In this document: positions 45,443-55,683 of the stretch, in pieces
How the letters are laid out: every line of letters starts with the position of its first letter
How positions within the stretch are numbered: the first letter of the stretch is position 1
Translations under genes and position numbers: made by a program
Notes under the pieces: model-generated
Database searches by the model: none
What the model saw: the letters and a program-made list of their open reading frames with translations, nothing else
Told to the model about the DNA's origin: nothing
Assembly (NCBI GenBank): GCA_965226495.1
Contig: OZ245365.1
Span: 1,280,001 to 1,344,000, forward strand
Direction: 5' to 3'
From: Candidatus Marinacidobacterales bacterium
GTDB taxonomy: Bacteria > Acidobacteriota > Vicinamibacteria > Marinacidobacterales > DATDRI01
DNA: 64,000 bases

Positions 45443-47280
45443 GGACGTGAGAAAAATTCGGATTGCGGGGAGATGGGGATGGTTGGTCCACAGTTCTGAC
45501 GATCACGGCGATCGGGCCGGCATCCCGCGGATTCACGCCGTTATCGGCGCTGGAGTTTCGATGATGCCTTCTGACACGCTGAAACTCGCCCGGCTGCGTG
45601 TGCACAATCGCCGGTCGGGTGGCGCTCACGCCGGCACGGGCTCCGATACCAAGTTCGGCCTCCATCGGAGGCGAATCCACTGCTGGATATCGTAGGTGAG
45701 GGCGGCCCAGAGAGATTCGGTGCGCACTTTGGCGATTCCGCGCACGCTAAACTGCCGCAGGCCGAACTTGGCTTTGATCCAAAGATTCGGAAACTCGGCC
45801 ACCTGCGAGCGTGTCTTATAGATGGCCTTGGCTTCGTCGGTCTGCATCTTCTGCCGGAATGCGGCTATCTCCGGCAAGGGTTCGAGCCTTTCGATCGACC
45901 GACCGCTCGACGCGCGAGGACAGCAGAACTCCTTGACCGAGCACGTGTCGCAATCTTTCGCCGAGGCCTTGTATCGATAGCGCATCATGCCATCGCGTTC
46001 GAACTTTGCGTCGTAGCGTAAACGCTTGCCCTGCGGGCATACGTACGTGTTGCTCGCCTCATCGTGCACAAAGCTCGATGCTTCGAAAGCCGAAATAATG
46101 CCGTAGCGCTGATAGGACTTGCGCCGATTGGCCTCTGCCGACTTGCCCCGGGGCTCAGGGCCGACGAGGTCGATGCCGCGCTTCGCCATCTCCACGATGT
46201 TGTGGCTACTGATGTAGCCCCCATCTACGACCACCTGATCGGGCGTGCGCTGCAGCGTCTGTTCGATCCGTTCCATCGCCGGCGTCAGCTGCTGATAATC
46301 GCTGCCGGCCTGCGTGGCATCGATGTCGACAATCAAGCCGTGCGCGGCATCCGTTAAGATCTGGACGTTGTAGCTGGGCGCGGAACCGCCCTCGGCTTGC
46401 TTCATCACCCGCGCGTCGGGGTCGGTCGTGCTCACGCGCTCCATGCGGCTTTTCGCCGCTTTCAGCTTGTCGAATTCCTTCAACGCTGATTCTAGCCGCT
46501 GGCGTCTCTCACGCTTGGCGCGTTGCTGCGCTGCCTGCATCTGCCGGCTCGATTCCTCCTCCGTCTGTGCCTCGAGGGCCTCGACCGCCTCACGCGCCTG
46601 CTCCAGATACGCCTCGACTCGAGGCTTACGGCGAAATCTATTCGACGATGCGTTCGCGCGCACCTTCGTCCCATCCTGCATGACCCGCTCGAGTGGGATC
46701 AATCCTTCCGCACTCAGCAGCCCTAACGTTTGCACAAACAACTCGTGCAAGGCGTCCGCATGCGCGACCCGAAAGTCCGACAGCGTGTGCGCACTGATGC
46801 CTTCCATCCCCGTCAGCCATTGATACCCCGGCTCATGCTCGCACAGTCGCTCAATCGCGCGGGCCGAACTCTCTCCCCGGCTGTAGCTGTAGACCCAAAG
46901 GCTCACCAGAAGCTGCGGGTCAAACGCAGGCCGGCCTGCGGCACCGGCGACCGAGCGGACCTGCTCCCTATAGCGACTAAGATCCAGCTGCCCCACGAAC
47001 TCCCAGATCGCACGCGCTGGGTGATCCCTGGGGATCAACCGCTCCACGTCGACCGTCCGCAGCAGCATCTGCGCGCGATCGACCACCTTCAACCGAGCCT
47101 CTCCCGCCCGCTCGCACTCATCGCCGTCACCACCATCGCCAGGCACGGGCAAGCCCGGCAACGACGCTTGCTTATCGCCCACGCTTACCCCACTTCCTCC
47201 TACGATTCGTCACGTATCCCATGACCGCAATCTTGCAACATAGCTGCAACGTGAGTAAAGCCCAATTTTTTCTCACGTCC
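45443..47280 (-). mobile_element. IS1182-family insertion sequence (1838 bp)
   Basis: Perfect 14-bp terminal inverted repeats GGACGTGAGAAAAA (45443-45456) and TTTTTCTCACGTCC (47267-47280) around a transposase; no clear target duplication. Confidence 0.88.
45626..47182 (-). CDS. IS1182-family DDE transposase
   Basis: DUF772-type GRPAFDPQLLVSLWVYSY...SARAIERLC, DGTKVRANAS, STTDPDAR, DGGY, YVCPQG, YKTRSQVAE. Confidence 0.93.
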   Translation of the reverse strand: MGDKQASLPGLPVPGDGGDGDECERAGEARLKVVDRAQMLLRTVDVERLIPRDHPARAIWEFVGQLDLSRYREQVRSVAGAAGRPAFDPQLLVSLWVYSYSRGESSARAIERLCEHEPGYQWLTGMEGISAHTLSDFRVAHADALHELFVQTLGLLSAEGLIPLERVMQDGTKVRANASSNRFRRKPRVEAYLEQAREAVEALEAQTEEESSRQMQAAQQRAKRERRQRLESALKEFDKLKAAKSRMERVSTTDPDARVMKQAEGGSAPSYNVQILTDAAHGLIVDIDATQAGSDYQQLTPAMERIEQTLQRTPDQVVVDGGYISSHNIVEMAKRGIDLVGPEPRGKSAEANRRKSYQRYGIISAFEASSFVHDEASNTYVCPQGKRLRYDAKFERDGMMRYRYKASAKDCDTCSVKEFCCPRASSGRSIERLEPLPEIAAFRQKMQTDEAKAIYKTRSQVAEFPNLWIKAKFGLRQFSVRGIAKVRTESLWAALTYDIQQWIRLRWRPNLVSEPVPA

Positions 47281-47380
47281 TTGGTCCGGACCAAGTAACC
47301 AAAAGTAACAACTACGGGTCTTCTCGAAGAGCTTTTTTTGGCCGAGGGCTTCGTTGGTAATTGGAGTCTAAGTTACGAAT

Positions 47381-47611
47381 CTACGTTCTTATCTCGTCGG
47401 CCAGTCCAGGAATCGCAGTGGGAGGAACGACGTCGATCGAATCGTGTAAGGCGTACTCTTTCGATCCCGGGTAGCCGACCCACAGTCTCTCGAGTCCGAG
47501 ATCTTCTAAAGCGATCAGCATGGGTCGCTTTCTTCGGGGAGCATCCTGATACTGGAACTCGAACCCGTGGCGCTTGCCGCCCAGCATCACGACCAAGTCG
47601 AGCTCGATGCT
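47381..47611 (-). pseudogene. C-terminal remnant of an AAA ATPase/DUF4143 protein
   Basis: ELDLVVMLGGKRHGFEFQYQDAP...LEDLGLERLWVGYPG resembles the nuclease-like C-terminus of DUF4143 proteins; N-terminus absent. Confidence 0.6.
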
Positions 47612-47811
47612 TCATTCGTCTGCTATTGCGGACAGCCTGCCGAGTCGACCGCTCTCCGTTCTTCTGAGCATTTCTGCTTTCGGCGCCTTCCAGGTCTTCA
47701 TCTTCGCCAGGTCTGGCGCGTAGACTCGCATGATGACATCCAGGTTCAGATCCTCGCAGGGCGTGCCGGCAGCCAGTTCTCTGCCGGCACGCCCTGCGGC
47801 CGTTTCGAGGC
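47612..47811 (-). pseudogene. Frameshifted C-terminal remnant of a DUF1254/DUF1214 protein
   Basis: One frame gives KRPQGVPAENWLP, another gives EDLNLDVIMRVYAPDLAKMKTWKAPKAE; the frameshift coincides with a perfect 17-bp inverted repeat. Confidence 0.5.
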
Positions 47812-47923
47812 GTCCGCCCGTGATCGGGCTAAGTCCTAGCTGCCGTGGCCGGTTAGCTTGGGCGGTGACCCTCTCGTAGGCTGGGTGGTCTACGGTCTCG
47901 ATCGGTGGCCGAGATAGAAGGGG

Positions 47924-47969
47924 GGAGGGACAACGACGACCGGTGCCTTTTAGTCGTCGTCGGCCCTCC
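47924..47969 (-). terminator. Hairpin downstream of the OMP gene (possible terminator)
   Basis: GGAGGG..ACGACGAC / GTCGTCGT..CCCTCC stem. Confidence 0.45.
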
Positions 47970-47985
47970 GCCGGCGCCAGCAGTC

Positions 47986-48636
47986 CTACTGGTGCCTGCC
48001 CAACTTGAAGACGACTCCCGCACCTAGTCGAAATTGATTGAGCGTGGTGTCGGCGAGAATCGCTCGATAATCGCCCTGCAAACGGATGGCTACGTTGTCT
48101 GAAACACTGACGTCGATTCCACCACCCGGTTGAAGGGCGAACTGGGTCGCCGACCGGCTGAAATCGCGGTCGAGCAAATCGAGAGCCTGGTTAGGGAGGC
48201 TAGGGAGGTTAGGTAGGTTGGGTATGTTGGGTAAGTTAAAGTTAGGTAGGTTGAAGTTCGGCAAGTTTAGATCGAGGTTAGCAGCACCCCGGGCAGCTCC
48301 GCCCAGCATCTGAAAAAAGAACGTCACGTTCTTTCCTCGTTTCGTGAACTTGGGACCAGCCATGTATGTCGACACGTTGATGTCGATGCCTTGGCCTAGG
48401 AAAGTATCGCTTCGGTAGTTGGCCCCGACTTCGCCAGCTACGGCCAGCCAATGGTTGAAGTTGTAGGCGACGGGAACGGTCCAGCCGACGGGAAGCGTCT
48501 CGTCGATCGTCTGTTCACTCAAAATTGAATAGTTGACACCGATCTCGAACTTGGGTGTTTCTTGCGCGATGGCCGGTGAAGCGGCGATAGCTGCCATCAC
48601 CAGCAAGACAGGAAGAATTCCGATCCGTTTCGTCAT
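47986..48636 (-). CDS. Outer-membrane beta-barrel protein (8-strand type) with a low-complexity loop
   Basis: Signal peptide ending AIA-Q; amphipathic strands; QPGGGID; LQGDY; AAGGAG RBS before ATG 48636. Confidence 0.8.
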   Translation of the reverse strand: MTKRIGILPVLLVMAAIAASPAIAQETPKFEIGVNYSILSEQTIDETLPVGWTVPVAYNFNHWLAVAGEVGANYRSDTFLGQGIDINVSTYMAGPKFTKRGKNVTFFFQMLGGAARGAANLDLNLPNFNLPNFNLPNIPNLPNLPSLPNQALDLLDRDFSRSATQFALQPGGGIDVSVSDNVAIRLQGDYRAILADTTLNQFRLGAGVVFKLGRHQ

Positions 48637-48816
48637 TCGTTGTTGCTCCTTTCTGAAATTGCTTTCTTTCAGAGGGTGTCCTACTGCAAGGGGCGTTCCA
48701 CCCTGCGGGAGGTCGATCAAGAGCTGGAGTTGCTTGTAGTTAGCCGTTAGAAGTGTCTTGGGGAGGGAGATAAGGGACTAACCGATTGGATAGGGATCTA
48801 TCCGAAGGGTGAACTA

Positions 48817-48982
48817 CTAAGCGCCGCTTGAGGTCTTGTGGCAGTCTTCTTGAAGCTCCGTGACCCTGGCCCGGTTTGTTCCGAGGGCCGTGGCGAGGTT
48901 CTTTACCAGTGTGGCGAAAAAGGGCTCGCCGGTCTCGGCGGAAGATCGTGCGGAGAGCGGTGTCCTCGTCCAGCAGAGACAT
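48817..48982 (-). pseudogene. N-terminal remnant of a GAF-domain (FhlA-like) regulator
   Basis: MSLLDEDTALRTI, then a frameshift to SAETGEPFFATLVKNLATALGTNRARVTE, then a stop. Confidence 0.5.
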
Positions 48983-49000
48983 CGAAGCGTGTTGTTCGAT

Positions 49001-52000
49001 TCAGCGTGTTACCTTGGGTGAAATAACCCCCGGTACGCCCTTGTCTCGCATGGAATCGTTGAATTGATTGACCTCGCTCTCGAGAAGTTGCCTGAGAGCA
49101 TCCATGTGAGGGGCAAGCTCGGTGTTCAAGTCTTCGAATCGCCGGTAAGAGCCCTCGGTCGGGCGTCCATATGCGCTGTTCACGTGTCCGTAGAGGTACA
49201 CGAACTGGTTGTCGATCTTGGGGGGGAAGTTGAGTGGATCCTGTGATACTTCGTTCTTTGTTTGGATGAGCTCATCTTCGATCGCGGTCAATTGTTCCCC
49301 TATTGATTTTGACGTCTCGCTGAAATCCCCTTCGTAGCCCGCTTCTTCCGCCCGCTTGGCGACCTCTTCGAGCTGGGTCCGCACGGAGCGGATCGTGCGA
49401 ATGCCATCGTGAATCTTACCGATGCGGTCCCTAATGGCCATCACCAGCTCGAAGTTCTTAGCCAGATCCTGTTGCGTGACGTGCTCGAGCCGCGGATCTT
49501 TCAACACTTCAAACGATTCCGTGTGGCTCCAGTCGCCGATGCTGAGGCGAACCTGGTACATGCCCGGAGCCGCGTAGGCGCCGCCGGTATAGCCCAACGA
49601 CATGACGGAGCCTTTGACAATGTCCGGCCCAGGATACTTGAGGTCCCAGACGAAGCGATTCATCCCCTCCTCGGCAGGAGCAGGCTCGTCTTTTCGGTCG
49701 CGCGGGCGGGAATTGCTATCACCTTCTCCTGTCGCGTCGTCCTCCTTCTTCCGGTTCGTGTGAGTTTGAATCACGTTCCCATCGCGATCCAGGATCTCGA
49801 GCCTCAATGCTTTCTCTTCAGGCTTCTCCGCCAGGTAGCAATAAATGATGGCACCGGCAGGGGTGGCCTCGCGCGCTCGGGAACCGCGGAAGCGCCCCGT
49901 TCTGACGCGGTGGGCGTCGCGGGGCTTGAACAGGTGCGATGGAGCGGTTGCTACTTGGTCGGTGATTTGATGTAGCGGTGTCAGGTCGTCGAGTATCCAA
50001 AACGAGCGACCATGCGTGGCAACCACGAGATCCTTCTCGTGCACTTTCATGTCAGCGATCTGGACTACCGGCAGGTTGAGTTGAAGCGATTGCCAGTGTT
50101 GGCCATCGTCGAAAGAGACGAACATGCCAAACTCGGTCCCGGCATAGAGCAGCCCCTTCCGATCAGGATCCTCTCTTACGACGCGCACCGGATGGTCGGG
50201 CGGGATTCCGTTACGACCGTTGGTGAGGAGCTTCCAGCTGTTTCCATGATCGTCGGTGCGAAAAATATAGGGAGAAAAATCGTCCCAGCGGTACTTGTAG
50301 ACCGCGATGAATGCGCGGCCCGCTTCATGGGTCGATACCTCGATTGTGTTGACCGTGCCCCATTCGGGCATGGCCGCCGGAGTAATGCTGGTCCAGCTCT
50401 CGCCATTGTCACGGGAGATGTGGACGAGGCCATCGTCCGTTCCCGCCCACAACACTCCCGGGGTGTGTGGCGACTCGAGAAACGCGAAGATCGTGTCGTA
50501 CACCTCGACTCCAGAATCGTCGTGCTGGAGCGGCCCTCCGGGGAGCTCCTGTTTTTCGGGGTCGTTTCTCGTGAGATCGCCGCTGATCGTCTCCCAACTC
50601 ATGCCGCGGTCCCGGGTCCGGTGCACGTAATTGGACGTGTGGTAGAGCACCTCGGGATCGTGGGGCGAGAAGACAATGGGCGCATTCCATTGAAATCGGT
50701 ACTTGAGGTCTCTGGCCGGGACGCCATCTGCGAGTTGGGGATAAATGATGACGTTGCGTCGATGACCGGTACGGTGGTCGTACCGGTCGATTCTCCCGAT
50801 GTAGTTGCCGGCGTATGAAAGATCTGGGTCTTCGGCGCTGACCGCGATGTGTCCCGACTCTCCGCCGGCGACGTCGTACCAATACTGCTTCGGTGTCACA
50901 CCTCCCGGGTTCCGAGACGGCACGCTAATCGTGGAGTTGTCTTGCTGTGCTCCGTACACGCGGTAAGGGAAACGGTCGTCAACGGTCACGCGATAAAACT
51001 CCGCGGTGGGTTGATTGAGCTGGGTGGACCACGACTTGGCGTCGTCCAGCGAAACGTTGGCACCTCCATCGTTGGCCTGAATCATGATCTTCGGTTGCTC
51101 TGGGTTGATCCACATATCGTGGTTGTCGCCGTGGGGGACACGGATCGATGTAAACGTCTTTCCACCGCCGATGGATTTGTAGTAGCCGCCGTTCATGATG
51201 TAGACGGTGTTCTCGTCGCGCGGGTGGGCATAGATGTGAGAGTAGTACCAGCCGCGTACCTGCAGTCTTCGATCCTTATTGATTTGTTTCCATGTATCTC
51301 CGTCATCGTCGGAGCGATAGACGCCGCCTTCGCCATCTCTCGCGGTAACCAGGGCCCACACGCGGTTGGGATTCTCCAGTGAGACCGATACGCCGATGCG
51401 GCCGATGAGTCCGGCCGGAAGTCCGCCGTTCAATTTTTCCCACTCGTCTCCGCCGTCGGTCGTCTTGTAAAGGCCACCTTCTTCGGCTCCATCGATCAGA
51501 GTCCAAGGTTTCCGCTCGGCTCGCCACATCGCAGCGTAGATTTGGCGCGGGTTCGCCGGATTCATCGAGAGATCGACGGCGCCGGTTTCCTCGGAAATGA
51601 AGAGCACCTTCTCCCAGCTCTTGCCGCCGTCCTTTGTGCGGAAGACGCCACGCTCCGGGTTCGGCCCAAAAATATGCCCGAGCGCAGCCACGTAAACCAA
51701 ATCTGGATTGCTTGGGTGGATGCGAACTCGCCCAATCTGTCCTGCCTCGCGAAGACCCACGTGAGTCCAAGTCTTCCCGGCGTCGGTGGATTTGTAGACT
51801 CCATCTCCGACGGAGATGTTGCCCCGCGGACAGGCGGAGCCCGTCCCTACATAGATGACGTTGGGGTCGGAAAGCGATACATCGATTGCGCCGATCGAAG
51901 CGACCTCCAAGAAGTCGTCGGAGATGTTTTCCCACGTTTCGCCGGCATCGTGTGTTTCCCACACACCGCCGCCCGTCGTTCCCATGTAGAAGGTGAACGG

Positions 52001-52195
52001 TCGCATGGGGACTCCGGCGACCGCCGTGACACGTCCTCCGCGATAGGGTCCGATGAGGCGGTATTCCAATGCCTCGTAGAGGCTCGGGTCGTAGACCACG
52101 TTGGTAGCGTCGGTTTCGCTCTCGCTCGCGGTGGATGAAGGGCCGATCAGCAAGACTGCAAAGGCCAAAAAGGGCAGGGCCGAGGGTCGGAGCAT
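49001..52195 (-). CDS. VPS10/sortilin-like BNR-repeat glycosyl hydrolase
   Basis: IGPYRGGRV, many SxDxGxTW Asp boxes, PHGDNHDMWI, ATHGRSFWILDD; signal peptide. Confidence 0.9.
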   Translation of the reverse strand: MLRPSALPFLAFAVLLIGPSSTASESETDATNVVYDPSLYEALEYRLIGPYRGGRVTAVAGVPMRPFTFYMGTTGGGVWETHDAGETWENISDDFLEVASIGAIDVSLSDPNVIYVGTGSACPRGNISVGDGVYKSTDAGKTWTHVGLREAGQIGRVRIHPSNPDLVYVAALGHIFGPNPERGVFRTKDGGKSWEKVLFISEETGAVDLSMNPANPRQIYAAMWRAERKPWTLIDGAEEGGLYKTTDGGDEWEKLNGGLPAGLIGRIGVSVSLENPNRVWALVTARDGEGGVYRSDDDGDTWKQINKDRRLQVRGWYYSHIYAHPRDENTVYIMNGGYYKSIGGGKTFTSIRVPHGDNHDMWINPEQPKIMIQANDGGANVSLDDAKSWSTQLNQPTAEFYRVTVDDRFPYRVYGAQQDNSTISVPSRNPGGVTPKQYWYDVAGGESGHIAVSAEDPDLSYAGNYIGRIDRYDHRTGHRRNVIIYPQLADGVPARDLKYRFQWNAPIVFSPHDPEVLYHTSNYVHRTRDRGMSWETISGDLTRNDPEKQELPGGPLQHDDSGVEVYDTIFAFLESPHTPGVLWAGTDDGLVHISRDNGESWTSITPAAMPEWGTVNTIEVSTHEAGRAFIAVYKYRWDDFSPYIFRTDDHGNSWKLLTNGRNGIPPDHPVRVVREDPDRKGLLYAGTEFGMFVSFDDGQHWQSLQLNLPVVQIADMKVHEKDLVVATHGRSFWILDDLTPLHQITDQVATAPSHLFKPRDAHRVRTGRFRGSRAREATPAGAIIYCYLAEKPEEKALRLEILDRDGNVIQTHTNRKKEDDATGEGDSNSRPRDRKDEPAPAEEGMNRFVWDLKYPGPDIVKGSVMSLGYTGGAYAAPGMYQVRLSIGDWSHTESFEVLKDPRLEHVTQQDLAKNFELVMAIRDRIGKIHDGIRTIRSVRTQLEEVAKRAEEAGYEGDFSETSKSIGEQLTAIEDELIQTKNEVSQDPLNFPPKIDNQFVYLYGHVNSAYGRPTEGSYRRFEDLNTELAPHMDALRQLLESEVNQFNDSMRDKGVPGVISPKVTR

Positions 52196-52259
52196 TGCGG
52201 GATTATATATCGTGGCACGTCGGAGGCGTGCCCCTTAGAGGCGTGGGCAGCTGGCCTAA

Positions 52260-52553
52260 GTGGTTCTTAGGCATGCGCTTTTCTGGTCCGTTTCTACGTC
52301 GGCTCAGGAGGCGACCGAGTGCATCGTTCCCAAGGAGCAGGTCATCGGAACTTCGGTAGGACCGGATGGCATCCCGTCGCTGACATCACCCGAGGTGGTC
52401 GAGGCTGCCGCGGGGGACGAGTTCATGTTCGCGGGCGATCTCGTTTTGGGCATCGTGTTGAACGGGGAAGCCAGGGCCCATCCCGATATTTCCTTTTGGT
52501 TCGCCTGGGCCGGCTTTAATCGAGACACCGAGATCTACAGCAACATCCAGTAG
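52260..52553 (+). pseudogene. Internally deleted DUF3179-like gene
   Basis: DGIPSL...DLVLGIVLNGEARAHP is joined directly to the C-terminal motif FWFAWAGFNRDTEIY. Confidence 0.6.
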
Positions 52554-52566
52554 AAGACCTCGCTAC

Positions 52567-53832
52567 CTAAGCAAGCAGCGCCCGGTGTGTCTTCATGCCC
52601 GCAAGCGCGCGGTCGATGTGTGCTTGAGTATTGTAGAGGTGAGGGCAAAGGCGCAGACCGCCCGTTTGCGCCGCGGCGATGCCTTGCTCTTCGTAGAGCG
52701 CGTCGAAGGCTTTCTTACGGTTCTCTTGCGTCATCTCGACGATGCACACACCGCCGCTGAGATTGGGGTCCATCGGTGTGACTAGTCTGGCGCCCATTTC
52801 TTGCAGGCCGGCCTTCAAGGTGCCCGCCAGCTCGTAGACGCGGGCTTCGATGCGCGTGGGATCGACCCTCTGGTGAAAGTCCACGGCCGTACCCACCGCT
52901 GCCAAGCAGGGGTCATCACGTTGACCGAGCGACTCGAACTTTCTAGCCCCTTTGAGCTCGGTGTGGACGCCGTCGCCCCATCCTGGCGCCACGACATTCG
53001 GCCAGATCTTGGAGACGTGGTCTTCCTTTACGTAAAGCATGCCGGCCTCGAGTGGGCCGACTAACCATTTGTGGGTGCTCGCGGCGTAGGAGTCGCAGCC
53101 AAGCTCACGTAGGTCGACTTTCAGTGCGCCCCATGCTTGCGCCGCGTCGACGTGGACATGGATCCCGCTTCGATGCGCTACATCACAGAGCTCCTTAACC
53201 GGCAGTCGAATGCCGGTGACGTTGGAAACGTGCGTGATCGTGAGCACGCGGGTTCGAGGGCCGAGGGCGTTTTCGAAGACCGAGATGAGCTCGTCCACAC
53301 TCGACGGGTGCCGTGGTGTGGTCACCCGCTTGGTGGTCAGACCGAAGCGAGCGGCTCTCACCTCCCAGGCAACGTTATTTGTGGGATGGTTCTGATCCCA
53401 GAGTACTACTTCGTCGCCTTCCTTGAGTGGAAGCCCGTTGTTGATGGTGTTGTTGGCCTCGCTGGTATTGCGCACCAGCGCGATTTCGTCGGCGCTCACG
53501 CCGAGGTGCTGGGCGACTTTGCTTCGCGATTCTTCTCGAAGCTGGGCGAACTTCGCACGATTGTTGAACGAGCAGTCCATGTTGATGTCGCGCGTGAGCG
53601 CGACCACGCGATCGGTCACGACCCGAGGCGCCGGACACAAGTTGGCCGCGTTCATCGGAACCTTCTCTTCGCGAAAAGGAAATTGCTCTCGCACCATCTC
53701 CCAATAGGCTTCGCCCTCATCGGGAGCGGGCAGCGGGGAGTGCGATTCACCGAGGGCCTTTGCCGCGGGCAGTAACGCCGCACCGCCGGCTAGGCGCTTG
53801 AGGAAGGAACGACGGGACGTCTCTGGGACCAT
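52567..53832 (-). CDS. Tat-exported class V PLP aminotransferase (isopenicillin N epimerase-like)
   Basis: SRRSFLK Tat motif; RNTSE, HVSNVTG, VDAAQ, STHKW; AGGAGG RBS before ATG 53832. Confidence 0.87.
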   Translation of the reverse strand: MVPETSRRSFLKRLAGGAALLPAAKALGESHSPLPAPDEGEAYWEMVREQFPFREEKVPMNAANLCPAPRVVTDRVVALTRDINMDCSFNNRAKFAQLREESRSKVAQHLGVSADEIALVRNTSEANNTINNGLPLKEGDEVVLWDQNHPTNNVAWEVRAARFGLTTKRVTTPRHPSSVDELISVFENALGPRTRVLTITHVSNVTGIRLPVKELCDVAHRSGIHVHVDAAQAWGALKVDLRELGCDSYAASTHKWLVGPLEAGMLYVKEDHVSKIWPNVVAPGWGDGVHTELKGARKFESLGQRDDPCLAAVGTAVDFHQRVDPTRIEARVYELAGTLKAGLQEMGARLVTPMDPNLSGGVCIVEMTQENRKKAFDALYEEQGIAAAQTGGLRLCPHLYNTQAHIDRALAGMKTHRALLA

Positions 53833-54070
53833 TTCGGACCTCCTTCGATAGGGGCATCTTACATCAACGCGATTCGCGCGGGCGCAACAACGCGGCGGAT
53901 GGCTCGGGGGTCTGGCGCTCGCCATTGTACTCGTAAGACATTGATCAAACAATAGTTATCCTGTGGGATTAGCCTCCGCCCGAGCCCGACCCCCGCGGCT
54001 CCTTGGCAGCGAAGGGTTTTACAGGTACAATGAAATAGTTCCTGAAAATTGAGCCCCGGAGGGTCACAAC

Positions 54071-54490
54071 ATGAAGGTCGGCGACTGCATGACCAAAGAC
54101 CCGCACTTCGTCCATGAAGACGCCAGCATGAAAGAGGCGATGGTATTGATGCGTCAGCATCACATACGCCATCTCCCCATCACCGAGGGTACGATCTTGG
54201 TAGGCATCGTGACCGATCGAGACATCCGGAAAGCATCACCCTCACTTTTGTCGGGCGTGGACATGAGCGAGTACGAAGAAGTGCTGAGCAACACTCCGGT
54301 TTCCCGCATCATGACGCGGGAGCCGTTCACCGCGACGACAGAGATGGAACTCAAAGATGCGGTTCAGATTCTCGTCGACAAGAAGGTCGGCGGACTACCG
54401 GTGGTTGATGGTAAAGAACTGGTCGGGATTTTCACCGAGATTGATGCACTCAAAGTGCTGGTGAACGTCCTGTCCGAGGTTGCCCAGTAA
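54071..54490 (+). CDS. CBS-domain protein (AcuB-like)
   Basis: Two CBS repeats: IRHLPI..LVGIVTDRD and VGGLPVV..LVGIFTEID. Confidence 0.9.
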   Translation: MKVGDCMTKDPHFVHEDASMKEAMVLMRQHHIRHLPITEGTILVGIVTDRDIRKASPSLLSGVDMSEYEEVLSNTPVSRIMTREPFTATTEMELKDAVQILVDKKVGGLPVVDGKELVGIFTEIDALKVLVNVLSEVAQ

Positions 54491-54553
54491 CTCGAAGTCG
54501 CTCGAAGCCTTCCTCGGTCATTTGTTCGGCCGAACGCGTGAGCGTTGCCGGAT

Positions 54554-55561
<1,008 letters not shown>

Positions 55562-55593
55562 TTACTCCTTCAAATATGCGAGTCGAGGAGCAG

Positions 55594-55673
55594 AGTATAA
55601 GATTGTGGCTCCGGGGCTGTCAAAGTGGGTTAAAAAGGCTTCATTGACAGGGCCTTGCGGGCCCCGCTATAGT
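55594..55673. promoter_or_regulatory. Back-to-back sigma70 promoters for gap and the LPS operon
   Basis: Minus: TTGACA-18-TATACT (55623 to 55594). Plus: TTGACA-18-TATAGT (55644-55673). Confidence 0.72.
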
Positions 55674-55683
55674 CGGCCGTTTC

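Noticed and set aside
41956-49000. Prophage or integrative element
   Set aside because: No integrase, phage structural genes, tRNA or att repeats are visible; only one IS and gene remnants.
52260-52553. Selenocysteine recoding in the DUF3179-like ORF
   Set aside because: The fragment has no in-frame TGA; it ends at TAG.
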